A DNA stretch of 64,000 bases from an uncultured virus (IMG/VR IMGVR_UViG_3300042505_001397). Its lineage: Duplodnaviria; Heunggongvirae; Uroviricota; Caudoviricetes. The stretch is taken from the IMG/VR virus record IMGVR_UViG_3300042505_001397. One strand, written 5' to 3'. The position numbers and the translations under genes were made by a program. Shown piece after piece: positions 49,080-57,538 of the stretch. The stretch's first letter is position 1. The number at the start of each line of letters is the position of its first letter. A model generated the notes under the pieces. The model was not told the origin of the DNA, made no database searches, and was given only the letters and a program-made list of their open reading frames with translations.

Positions 49080-49703
49080 TCATTTCTCCTTTCTATAGTT
49101 AAAAAATTGTTTAAGATGTTTCCAACCAGATTTCTCATAATACTCATCAAAGTCTTGAGCATGTCCAAAACTCCTACCTAACATGTCTACCTTTTTGAAA
49201 TAATAATTCAAAATTTCTCTCGAATCTTTCACATTTACCACATAACGAGTCTCTCCAAATTGTAATATAAAACGTTTCTTCTTGTAATCATTCAAATCCA
49301 ATTCCAGGGGATTGTCCGATTGAACAAAGGCAGCTGTTTTCAATGAATTCACCTTCGTCGCCAATGCCTGATAAAAAGCGACTTGCAATAAAGATTGTTG
49401 CAAATACCACTTCGGTGAATCTTTGGTGGCAATCTTATATTCAATGATTTCCAATGATTTGCCTTTGACTTTTATCTCATCAAACGTGAAATAAAGAGCT
49501 TTGTCATCGTTTCCTTGAAGTTTGCCTTGCATTTCATAATACTCAGACGTTGTCATTCTATCTGCAAAGTCTTGCCCTCTTTGCATCCACTCAGAAACCT
49601 CTTTCTTTGGAGAAAAGTTTGATTTACCGCCATTTTGCACCATGTTATATCGGTTGTGTTTGGCGGTCAATTTAACCAACAGCGCTGCAGAGTAAATTGT
49701 CAT
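49080..49703 (-). CDS. PD-(D/E)XK (Cas4/RecB-like) nuclease
   Basis: FTFDEI...IIEYK...QVAFY (D, ExK, QxxxY). Confidence 0.6.
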   Translation of the reverse strand: MTIYSAALLVKLTAKHNRYNMVQNGGKSNFSPKKEVSEWMQRGQDFADRMTTSEYYEMQGKLQGNDDKALYFTFDEIKVKGKSLEIIEYKIATKDSPKWYLQQSLLQVAFYQALATKVNSLKTAAFVQSDNPLELDLNDYKKKRFILQFGETRYVVNVKDSREILNYYFKKVDMLGRSFGHAQDFDEYYEKSGWKHLKQFFNYRKEK

Positions 49704-50104
49704 TGTTCATCCCCGAAATATAAGGCACAATAGTCTTTCAGCTTAGATAAAAATTTAGGTGAATTGGAAACTAATACATGCTTTTTATCACCGTATACTA
49801 TTGTAATAACCTTAGCTTCTACGAAAGCTTTGTGATTTTCTAATTGAACAACTAAATCGTTGAAATTCCAAAATAAAAGTGTGTGGAATGAATCAGAATC
49901 TTTTGCAAGATAGATGCCATCAATCACACCTTGCTTTGATGTGGTTTTTGGCTTACCCACAATGGTCAATTCACCCGTGGCCAAGTTGACCGCAAACTTA
50001 TCACCTCGATTAATTACTTCATGCACCATTGTGCTCTTGAACAAAGCTTTGGTCGGAGTGACCACCCAAAAGAATTTACCGTCTTTTTGCAAGATTTCTT
50101 TCAT
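49700..50104 (-). CDS. hypothetical protein
   Basis: 134 aa, ATGA overlaps. Confidence 0.65.
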   Translation of the reverse strand: MKEILQKDGKFFWVVTPTKALFKSTMVHEVINRGDKFAVNLATGELTIVGKPKTTSKQGVIDGIYLAKDSDSFHTLLFWNFNDLVVQLENHKAFVEAKVITIVYGDKKHVLVSNSPKFLSKLKDYCALYFGDEQ

Positions 50105-50337
50105 ACTAACTCCCCTATTCTAAGTCTTTTAGCGTTGGCATCTTGGTCAGTCACTTTAAATTTAACTTTGAATTCAGAATAGTTTCTTCCGTATTCAAGA
50201 AGCGTCTCAAGATCTTGATATATAACGATTGGATCTTTACCCTGGCCATTGTTGGCATTCCTTACTATATTCAAGACTTTATAAAGGTTGCCCGTTTTAA
50301 TGTTTTGATATTTCAATCCAGCGTATATGACGTTCAT
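50101..50337 (-). CDS. DUF1653-like small protein
   Basis: Y..IKTGNLYKVL...VIYQ...YGR...F pattern. Confidence 0.6.
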   Translation of the reverse strand: MNVIYAGLKYQNIKTGNLYKVLNIVRNANNGQGKDPIVIYQDLETLLEYGRNYSEFKVKFKVTDQDANAKRLRIGELV

Positions 50338-50338
50338 A

Positions 50339-50632
50339 TTAATGCACCTTTGTTTCACTTATTTCAAGCTTAATGATATTGCCCAGAGATTCTAACATCA
50401 ACTGAGCCAATTGACACTCCGTAGAGTGATACTGCATATTTTGCTCTCTGAGTTGCCAGACAGTTTGTAAAGCCAATGCAGTATCTTCCGATAAATTATG
50501 ATGTGTTATGATGGAGTCAAAAACTTGTTCCATCGCTTCAGGCTTTCTGTTATGAAACTTTTCCCACATTGTTTGAGGCCTTTCGAACACAAACCTAGAT
50601 CTCACCACCAGCATCAGTGTGTATTTTGGCAT
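50339..50632 (-). CDS. hypothetical protein
   Basis: 97 aa, AGGAG RBS. Confidence 0.6.
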   Translation of the reverse strand: MPKYTLMLVVRSRFVFERPQTMWEKFHNRKPEAMEQVFDSIITHHNLSEDTALALQTVWQLREQNMQYHSTECQLAQLMLESLGNIIKLEISETKVH

Positions 50633-50798
50633 TTAATCTTTTTCTCCTTTTTAAAATCTTGTTTAAATAATCTGCAGACGCAGCGTAATGAGCAGATTGC
50701 TTTCTGAATTTATCCACGGCAATTTGCAGCTCTTTGTCAGACAATGCGCTTGCTCTCAGAGCAAAATACTCTTTTTCTTTACTTGTGAGTGAACACAT
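50595..50798 (-). CDS. hypothetical protein
   Basis: 67 aa, GAGG RBS. Confidence 0.55.
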   Translation of the reverse strand: MCSLTSKEKEYFALRASALSDKELQIAVDKFRKQSAHYAASADYLNKILKRRKRLNAKIHTDAGGEI

Positions 50799-50807
50799 AT
50801 TAACCTC

Positions 50808-50848
50808 AAAATAAAACCGGACACAACCCTTTTGAGGTAATGTCCGGT
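50808..50848 (-). terminator. intrinsic terminator
   Basis: ACCGGACA/TGTCCGGT stem followed by TTTATTTT. Confidence 0.6.
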
Positions 50849-50855
50849 ATTTTAC

Positions 50856-51080
50856 TTATGCCAAGCGTCTTGCTTGTTCCCTTGCTGTGTTATATCCGTT
50901 TGGATATTCTTTCTTGGTGCCTTTGTGCGCATAGTTTCTGCCCAACACACTTGGACCTTTCTTTTTAGGTGGCTTTGCACCTTTCATGATGGTATTGATC
51001 ATGTGAGCCAGCATTTGATGGCCTGGATAATCTTTCATTAACCGCCCAATATTCTTGCACGCTGTGTTATACGAAATCAT
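50856..51080 (-). CDS. small basic protein
   Basis: 74-aa ORF in packed run. Confidence 0.55.
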   Translation of the reverse strand: MISYNTACKNIGRLMKDYPGHQMLAHMINTIMKGAKPPKKKGPSVLGRNYAHKGTKKEYPNGYNTAREQARRLA

Positions 51081-51258
51081 TTATTGTTCCCTCACTTTTT
51101 AAATAAACACTAATTACATCAGACTGCATATCATTTCCAACATATGCAGTAATATCCCCTACTTCTCCGTAAGTCTCTCCTTTTCCAGTTTCTTCTCTGA
51201 ACTTTGCATTTGGAAACTTATTTAAAATAGCTTGTTTCCATTCAGACACAGAGGTCAC
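51067..51258 (-). CDS. hypothetical protein
   Basis: 63-aa ORF in packed run. Confidence 0.5.
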   Translation of the reverse strand: MTSVSEWKQAILNKFPNAKFREETGKGETYGEVGDITAYVGNDMQSDVISVYLKSEGTINDFV

Positions 51259-51433
51259 ACTCTGTCTCCTTAATTAAAATGTCTTGAATTGCCATTGCTT
51301 CTTCATATTCTTCATTGTCCAGGTCATCTAAGTAACCGTTTTCAATTGAGAATTCCACTAAGCCTCTCAGCAGCATCAAATCTGTGGTCAAATCGACCAC
51401 GCCTTTGTCACTCGTAATTATTATTTCTTTCAT
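51242..51433 (-). CDS. small acidic protein
   Basis: 63-aa D/E-rich ORF. Confidence 0.55.
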   Translation of the reverse strand: MKEIIITSDKGVVDLTTDLMLLRGLVEFSIENGYLDDLDNEEYEEAMAIQDILIKETECDLCV

Positions 51434-51680
51434 TTTCCACCAACTTATTTCTTACTAAAGCCAATTTATCTTTACCTTTATACTCAATGACATCTTCCCT
51501 CACGTTGAAATCCTTCGTGAAATCCTTGCCGTCAAAGGCAGTGTAGAACTTGTAGTTCACAATACCTCTGATGATCGTGGCCATAGCGCTATGGCATCCT
51601 CTTGTCAACAGGAAGATTAAACTCACTCTTTGTTGGTTGTTCAACGGAAGCCTGTTGTTGATTAATGCTTGTAAGTTCAT
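51408..51680 (-). CDS. hypothetical protein
   Basis: start reassigned to MNLQAL. Confidence 0.55.
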   Translation of the reverse strand: MNLQALINNRLPLNNQQRVSLIFLLTRGCHSAMATIIRGIVNYKFYTAFDGKDFTKDFNVREDVIEYKGKDKLALVRNKLVENERNNNYE

Positions 51681-51800
51681 AATGTGCCTTTTCAGCGATG
51701 TCGTGACCAAATTGAATGCCGATGATAGCCACCAGCCATATGCATAACGAAATACTCAATACTCTTAAAAATAATAGCATACTCTTGGTTTTGAAAGTTG

Positions 51801-51832
51801 AAAAAAAGCCCCACAGAATTGATCCGTGGGGG
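51801..51832 (-). terminator. intrinsic terminator
   Basis: CCCCAC/GTGGGG stem followed by T7. Confidence 0.65.
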
Positions 51833-51900
51833 AAAAACAAAATACCATTGCATGATACGTAAAGGAGGAACGTTTAGATACAAGGATTTGTTTTATGTAG

Positions 51901-51927
51901 GAGCAGTTTTCTTGTCATGCTCAGGAC
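51901..51927 (-). ncRNA. candidate H-type pseudoknot RNA motif, copy 2
   Basis: GTC-CTGAGCAT-GAC-AAGAAAAC-TGCTC. Confidence 0.45.
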
Positions 51928-51973
51928 GTTCTTTGGATTAAGAGTGACACATGACCGAAGTCATAAATGATTC

Positions 51974-52543
51974 TTAATCTTCGTCTTCAACCGCGTGCTC
52001 TGCTTCTTTTGCAGCTTTTTCAGCCGCTTTCTTAGCACGATAAGCAGCTAAGCCTTCAGCCGCTGCAGGAGCCACTTGACGTTTTTCAACACCAGCTTCA
52101 TATGCTTCTAAAATAGCATCTTTGACTGTGATGACCCAAACTGCCAATTCTTCACTGCCGCCTTCAAGAGCTTGTAAAGAGTTACGGATTGCAAACTCTT
52201 TCTCAGCATCATTAATGCGTTTGACTGGTTTGTATTTGACGTCAATTTCAGGCCAGATTTCAATTAAGAATTCTGTGCCTTTAATTTTAGCTTCTTTGAT
52301 TGCTTCAATGGCTTTGGCAATTTTGGCCGCATCAGATTTTGTGATACGTCTCAGTGTGCCAGTGTCAAATGCGTTTTTGATCGCTTTTGAGTTGTCGATC
52401 AACCATGCTGTTAAGGTAGGATCTTTTGTCAAGGTGTCCAATGCCGCTTCAATTTTCGGTCTACGCATGTAAGACAAAGCTTCAGCTTTAGTTTCAAAAG
52501 TTGTACCGTCAGCAGCTTGGAATACTTGTTTTAATTCAGTCAT
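51974..52543 (-). CDS. hypothetical protein, first gene after the promoter motif
   Basis: 189 aa; F.A.DGT.FETK.EA N-terminus; A/K-rich tail; AAGG RBS. Confidence 0.75.
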   Translation of the reverse strand: MTELKQVFQAADGTTFETKAEALSYMRRPKIEAALDTLTKDPTLTAWLIDNSKAIKNAFDTGTLRRITKSDAAKIAKAIEAIKEAKIKGTEFLIEIWPEIDVKYKPVKRINDAEKEFAIRNSLQALEGGSEELAVWVITVKDAILEAYEAGVEKRQVAPAAAEGLAAYRAKKAAEKAAKEAEHAVEDED

Positions 52544-52653
52544 TTTAATTTTCCTTTTTGATAAAATTTAATGGCGATATTGCCAGTTTATATAATGTCG
52601 ATATAAGCATCGACCAGCTTGGAACTCGAACACTACGATCATTTTTCGTAATA

Positions 52654-52669
52654 GGGTTAATTTAACGGG
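52654..52669 (-). promoter_or_regulatory. 16-bp repeated motif, candidate phage RNAP promoter (copy 4)
   Basis: CCCGTTAAATTAACCC; overlaps the stop codon of ORF 52662-53021. Confidence 0.7.
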
Positions 52670-53021
52670 CTTTGAGCCGCTTCAACAACGCTGTGAGTTC
52701 GAGCAGTTTTTCCTGCACCTTGGCCGTTTCTGCACCCGCTGGGCATGCGTCTTGGCGTTTTTTGGGGCAGGACAGGGGACAGCCATGCTTCGCATCACCC
52801 GTGACAAAATCCAAAGGTTTTAATTTGCCCTCTTGAATATTGTACTGGACTATAGAAGAGTTGCCCTTTTCTATACACAGTCTGCAAATCCATACTTGTC
52901 TTCCAGGTTTTGTCCTGAATTCTAAATATGCACCACTTTTGCAGTCTGCTGAATTACACAATCTACAAATTTTGTTAAAGTTTGTGGGATTGATTTTTCT
53001 ACCTATGTTTGGATGTTTCAT
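52662..53021 (-). CDS. Cys-rich (Zn-finger-like) protein
   Basis: CRLC...C...CRLC; ATGA overlap with the DHH gene. Confidence 0.5.
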   Translation of the reverse strand: MKHPNIGRKINPTNFNKICRLCNSADCKSGAYLEFRTKPGRQVWICRLCIEKGNSSIVQYNIQEGKLKPLDFVTGDAKHGCPLSCPKKRQDACPAGAETAKVQEKLLELTALLKRLKAR

Positions 53022-53872
53022 ATTCTTGCCAATGGGTGATCTCTTGAAACCCTGAATCCAGCTGCATGTTCGTGACCGCCACCTCCATAATTGGCAGCGA
53101 TTTTTGCCACGTTCAGACCATCTTTCGTAGATCTTAAACTGAAGTTACGATGTGTTTCCGTGTCATAATATGTGCCTCCGACACCATGTTCTCTTTGCTT
53201 TGCGAGTATATTACCGACGTCAGAGGAGTACATGTGGTTTGCATTTGCAATTTGAACAAGCAATCTTTGACCTTCATCCAATCTAACCCCTCCATCTAAC
53301 ACAAACGGTCTGGCGCAAGTTTTTACTATGCGTTCCACATTTGCATCGTGATCTTTGATCAAAGCACTTCCGATCAACTTCAATCTGGACAATGTCAAAT
53401 CCGTCAAGTTTTTATATGTGGGTTGCCCTGAATACAAAGCTGCACAAATTTCTCTCGTACCTTCCATTTCAAACTTCCACAAATCTCTGTCTTGAATATG
53501 ACGATAAAGTTGTGAAGGTCTCACCCCGAATTGATACTCCCAAGCAATTATGCAACCGGACTTTGATGTTGTGCAATGGCTCATATTCAGATTACCATAT
53601 TCGATTGGAATTTTGTGTAATTCATTTATCGCGGACTCATGGTGATCCAAGACATTCACCACAGAGGCTTGCTTCAAAATTTCAATCATTTCCGGCATCT
53701 TGTAACTGAAATCCAACATATACACTACACGGTCTTTCACATCCGGAATTGGTTCTCCGTATACACCTTCAAAGTATTCGTAATAATCGCCTAGACTCTC
53801 ATAAAAAGCGGCTGCGGCTGCAATTCCGTCCAAACAACCCTTGTGATAAATTACTAACGGTTTATTGCTCAT
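53018..53872 (-). CDS. DHH/DHHA1 family phosphoesterase
   Basis: YH..C.DG, LDFS, LDHH, DRDLW, FSLRS, GGGGHEHAAGF. Confidence 0.9.
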   Translation of the reverse strand: MSNKPLVIYHKGCLDGIAAAAAFYESLGDYYEYFEGVYGEPIPDVKDRVVYMLDFSYKMPEMIEILKQASVVNVLDHHESAINELHKIPIEYGNLNMSHCTTSKSGCIIAWEYQFGVRPSQLYRHIQDRDLWKFEMEGTREICAALYSGQPTYKNLTDLTLSRLKLIGSALIKDHDANVERIVKTCARPFVLDGGVRLDEGQRLLVQIANANHMYSSDVGNILAKQREHGVGGTYYDTETHRNFSLRSTKDGLNVAKIAANYGGGGHEHAAGFRVSRDHPLARI

Positions 53873-53890
53873 TTGTTTCTCCTTTAAGAT

Positions 53891-53912
53891 AAAAGCCCTC
53901 CGTTAAGAGGGC
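53891..53912 (-). terminator. intrinsic terminator
   Basis: GCCCTC/GAGGGC stem followed by TTTT. Confidence 0.55.
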
Positions 53913-53920
53913 AAGTTGTG

Positions 53921-54121
53921 TCAATTTGTTTTTGAAACTAAGTCGTATGGATGAGGAAATTTAGGTCCATTTATCAAACCTTCTTTCGTATAAGCCACAA
54001 GAACTTTTTTATCATTCATACCCACAACAGGCTTTTCACCTTCGTAGATATTGATGATTGCAATTCTGGAGCCTGATCTATCCAACCAAGTTTCACCAAT
54101 TTTTGGATTCATTGTTTTCAT
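53921..54121 (-). CDS. single-copy repeat-domain family protein
   Basis: PKIGETWLDRSG...YTKEG...YDLV. Confidence 0.6.
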   Translation of the reverse strand: MKTMNPKIGETWLDRSGSRIAIINIYEGEKPVVGMNDKKVLVAYTKEGLINGPKFPHPYDLVSKTN

Positions 54122-55032
54122 TCGAATATTGTGTCAATTAATTTAGCCAAATAAAGTTGGTCAATTCTGTCTGACTTATTTTTGTCCAACTCGTGAAGTA
54201 AAGTACTCATAAAAACGCTGTCAACGCCTATGAGCTGTTCTTTCAACACAGCAGGATCATGAAGGTCTATATCATGAGCTTGCCATATCATTTTCAGCAT
54301 TTGTCCCGCTGTGATTCTCCAACCTCTCGAGATGAATTTTCGTGTTCTGAAAATCGAAGCCAGAGGATATAAACTGCCCTGGTAGATTAATGTTTTGGAA
54401 AGCATTGCTTCCAAGGCATCTTGAGGCAACACAAGGTTTCTTGCGTTGTAATCGTAATAACATTTACAGTGAGCAAAGTCATAATTTTCATGTATTTCAT
54501 TTGGTTCACCGAAGAACCTAATCACGATTTGGACTCTGTCCTTTAGAGTGATTGCATTGTCTGTGAGAAAGACTGGTCTGTATTTATCTTTCTTATCCCT
54601 GACGACACTGATAAGTTCTTCAGCCTCTTCCAGTGCATCGGTTTCACCGACCTCCATAAGAGTCGCTTGTTCAGTCTCTCCGGCCACACCTTGGCTTCTG
54701 ACAATGATTTTTATGCGATCTTCGTCAATGCCTTTGATGTTTGTTATCACTGCTTTTTCGACGTGAATGTGCTTTTTAACAATCTCAGACTCCATGTTGC
54801 TTTTGTATTTTTCAACATAGTACTCTGTTGTGGCCAATGCAGTTTCATAATTACGAAAATAGATGTCGTAGTCATTGACTTTTTCGCCCAATAACATTGA
54901 CGTGATACACCCACCGCTCACGATGATGTTTTGTCTCATTAATTCAACGAGCTCTGGATTATCAATTGTCTTCAATAAGTCATCCACTTTATTTCTGATG
55001 ACCATTTCAATCGTGGACTTTTTCATACCCAT
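54118..55032 (-). CDS. nucleotidyltransferase-like protein
   Basis: VSGGCITS..LGE.VNDYDIYF (GG and DxD), VQIV, YDF.HC. Confidence 0.65.
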   Translation of the reverse strand: MGMKKSTIEMVIRNKVDDLLKTIDNPELVELMRQNIIVSGGCITSMLLGEKVNDYDIYFRNYETALATTEYYVEKYKSNMESEIVKKHIHVEKAVITNIKGIDEDRIKIIVRSQGVAGETEQATLMEVGETDALEEAEELISVVRDKKDKYRPVFLTDNAITLKDRVQIVIRFFGEPNEIHENYDFAHCKCYYDYNARNLVLPQDALEAMLSKTLIYQGSLYPLASIFRTRKFISRGWRITAGQMLKMIWQAHDIDLHDPAVLKEQLIGVDSVFMSTLLHELDKNKSDRIDQLYLAKLIDTIFE

Positions 55033-55034
55033 TT

Positions 55035-56357
55035 TTAAATCTCCTTTACAATTTGTTGAATTCTTTCTAATGTGTCTGCTTCATTCTTGTCAAAACGTTC
55101 TTCTTCGAACCTCGGACTAAATAAAGACCAACCCAGTTTTTTATCATTGATCACTTCATTGAATTTAACTGATATGATTGAGTTTAACCATTTCTCCTTA
55201 TTTGTGTAAATTTCTAATCTTTTTGCGTCTGTGAATCCGGATACCGCAGCAGACAACTCTCCGCATTCAGACACACACAGCAATGAACCGAACGTGTCAG
55301 AGTTCTTACCCGTGCCTGGAAGAAAATCCAGAATCCTAAGTTCACACACAGACTCATTCTTGAGCTTGACCTGCTCCTTTGATGTGTGCGATTTCCAAAC
55401 ACCTTCAAGAGTCTTTGCCACCGCACCCTCTTTTCCAAGTTTACGTGCTTCTTTGTAAAATTCAATTGCTTCACGATAGCTTGTGACAAGTTGTGTTTCA
55501 ATCAAAGAAACGTCTTTACAGTAAGACACATGATCTCTTAAGCGTGCAAGTCTTGAACGATAAGGTGTGACGGAATATTTGGCTATATACTCGGTTGTGT
55601 CCACAATGTCCCAAAGCTTTAAGATTGGTTTTTCATTTGCAGCAAACTCACCTCCTTTCATCACATGATTGATCACACCGTTGCCTTCTTTACGAGACAA
55701 AATGACACCATCTCTTGTGACTAAAATTTCTCCCATCGAAGCTGTGTTTTTTGGGAACTCTCTAAAATACTCGAATTGAATATTCTCGAAAGGTCCATCA
55801 GGAAACAATTGACCATTCCTTGTTTGCATGGCGATGGTTTCATTAAATTTCATGATGTTGCAAAACAGTCCATCTGCCTTTTCTTGCACAAAAATACCTC
55901 TTTTCCAATCCCAATTTTCAAGATTCACTTCGCTCGGTAAGGAGCATCGCATATATGGGAATTCAGGTATTGTACCCTTTCTTGCCTTGTTGATGGATTT
56001 TACGTCAAAACCTGCTTTCAAATCCTTGTTCAAAATTCTTAGCAATAATTGGCGAGAGTTACACGAGAGCCTTTCAAGCTCTTTTGATATAGCATCTCTT
56101 GCAGCATTTCCTGTCAGTTCTCTCTTTTGCAAAGCTCTCAAGAGAGATTTTGTTTCAGAGTTAAATTTACCTGCATTTCCTACAACAGGTAGCAGCACAT
56201 TTTTGACACCAAATGTGATGAATGGATCGTAAGCTTTCCTGATGACGTCCAGAAAGAATTCATCCTTCATCAGCTCTTTGAGATATTCAATCTTGGAATT
56301 CTTGCTCGGTTCTTCGGCCAATTGTGACAGAACCAAAAACACTTCATCACTCCCCAT
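55035..56357 (-). CDS. ATP-dependent DNA ligase
   Basis: QEKADG (KxDG), MGEI, LWDI, KEGAVAK, VKLK, SLFSPRF...RFDK. Confidence 0.92.
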   Translation of the reverse strand: MGSDEVFLVLSQLAEEPSKNSKIEYLKELMKDEFFLDVIRKAYDPFITFGVKNVLLPVVGNAGKFNSETKSLLRALQKRELTGNAARDAISKELERLSCNSRQLLLRILNKDLKAGFDVKSINKARKGTIPEFPYMRCSLPSEVNLENWDWKRGIFVQEKADGLFCNIMKFNETIAMQTRNGQLFPDGPFENIQFEYFREFPKNTASMGEILVTRDGVILSRKEGNGVINHVMKGGEFAANEKPILKLWDIVDTTEYIAKYSVTPYRSRLARLRDHVSYCKDVSLIETQLVTSYREAIEFYKEARKLGKEGAVAKTLEGVWKSHTSKEQVKLKNESVCELRILDFLPGTGKNSDTFGSLLCVSECGELSAAVSGFTDAKRLEIYTNKEKWLNSIISVKFNEVINDKKLGWSLFSPRFEEERFDKNEADTLERIQQIVKEI

Positions 56358-56359
56358 TT

Positions 56360-56569
56360 TCACTCCCAATTAGGTTCAACATATGTGTAAAAATCACCAT
56401 TCTCAAAGGCTTTACTGAGTTCCGCTTGAATTTTCATTGTTTCAATATTTTTTAAATGATTTAAAATACTACTTGCAATTACAAAAGAAGCACCGCCCAA
56501 TACTTTGTCGATCTCATATTTTTTGATGAGATCTTCTAACTCTTTCCTAAACTCAGGATCGTTGATCAT
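56360..56569 (-). CDS. hypothetical protein
   Basis: 69-aa ORF, ATGA overlap. Confidence 0.6.
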   Translation of the reverse strand: MINDPEFRKELEDLIKKYEIDKVLGGASFVIASSILNHLKNIETMKIQAELSKAFENGDFYTYVEPNWE

Positions 56570-56919
56570 AGTGTTTTGAACTCCACCTTAGGTTCTTCCG
56601 CTTTATATTCTCCGATCACTGTGTAAATCAACACAGACTTGCCGGGATTGATCATTGCCAATCTTCTGGCTTCTGTGTCCGCAGCAAGCCTTGACCTGTG
56701 AACTTTTGTTGGAAGACCTTTTCCTATGACTTCCAATAAGTATCTGTGGTTATCAATTTCAGCTGACATTTCTTTTTCCTTATAAATGAATTTGCAATTT
56801 GTGTAATCGGATGTAAAAGGGCAATTCTCCATCAATTCACAACCATCACATGAACCCTCTATTTCTTCTTTCACTGGTGTGTACAATTTACCTTTCACCA
56901 TGATTTCATTTTCTAGCAT
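56566..56919 (-). CDS. protein with N-terminal 4-Cys domain
   Basis: GSCDGCELMENC...CKFIYK, then PTKVH...A..EARRLA. Confidence 0.65.
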   Translation of the reverse strand: MLENEIMVKGKLYTPVKEEIEGSCDGCELMENCPFTSDYTNCKFIYKEKEMSAEIDNHRYLLEVIGKGLPTKVHRSRLAADTEARRLAMINPGKSVLIYTVIGEYKAEEPKVEFKTL

Positions 56920-57082
56920 GTTCTTCTCCAACCTTTTTGTAAATTACGTCAGAATCATCTCGACATTTTAGATCTTCAATGGGTCGACAATCCTTATCGC
57001 GTAAGTCGCACATAACACAGTTGCAGCGATTGTCAACCACAGCCTTGTATGTAACGCCCTCAAATAAGATTTTATGTGCCAT
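56906..57082 (-). CDS. small Cys-rich protein (58 aa, not in ORF track)
   Basis: MAHKILFEGVTYKAV...CNCVMCDLRDKDC...CRDDSDVIYKK; AAGG RBS. Confidence 0.6.
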   Translation of the reverse strand: MAHKILFEGVTYKAVVDNRCNCVMCDLRDKDCRPIEDLKCRDDSDVIYKKVGEEHARK

Positions 57083-57096
57083 ATTTGTTCCTTTTC

Positions 57097-57127
57097 AAAA
57101 TAAAAGGGATACACCGAAATGTATCCC
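57097..57127 (-). terminator. intrinsic terminator
   Basis: GGGATACA/TGTATCCC stem followed by TTTTATTTT. Confidence 0.7.
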
Positions 57128-57135
57128 ATATTGTG

Positions 57136-57528
57136 TTACTCAGGTTTTTGCACAAAACCCAAAATGCCTTCTGCTCTTCGAGCCAAATCGAAGAAATTGT
57201 TTCTCACAAAGTCACTGCAACCACTCACATCAGTGCCAATTGCAACATCCTTAATTGCGGCCAAACCCTCCATGATTGCTTTGTTAGACCTAATTCCATT
57301 TTGCAAGAAAGCGATGTCTGCATTCAAAGACTCTTTAACGGCTTCAGATTGCAAAGAGCTCTGTTGCACCGCAGTCAACATGAACAGCAAAGGTTCACCC
57401 ATGTTGTCTTTGATGACTGTGTTGATATATTCCAAGTCAGCTCTTGCCTCATCATTGTCAAAACGGTTTTCGACTGATGCTTCTTGAATTTCAACTGTAT
57501 TTTCTTCAACCACTACTTCTTGATTCAT
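57136..57528 (-). CDS. hypothetical acidic protein
   Basis: 130 aa, GGGAG RBS. Confidence 0.65.
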   Translation of the reverse strand: MNQEVVVEENTVEIQEASVENRFDNDEARADLEYINTVIKDNMGEPLLFMLTAVQQSSLQSEAVKESLNADIAFLQNGIRSNKAIMEGLAAIKDVAIGTDVSGCSDFVRNNFFDLARRAEGILGFVQKPE

Positions 57529-57538
57529 TTTAACTCCC

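Noticed and set aside
49080..49703. Cas4 as part of a CRISPR system
   Set aside because: No Fe-S cysteines, no array and no other cas genes; a stand-alone PD-(D/E)XK nuclease is common in phages
51589..51970. tRNA gene, or ORFs 51589-51840 and 51692-51883
   Set aside because: No cloverleaf or T-loop consensus seen; both ORFs cross a terminator and lack a good start context
3606..52669. 16-bp repeats as a CRISPR array or att sites
   Set aside because: They are dispersed over 49 kb with no spacer periodicity, and no integrase or cas operon is present
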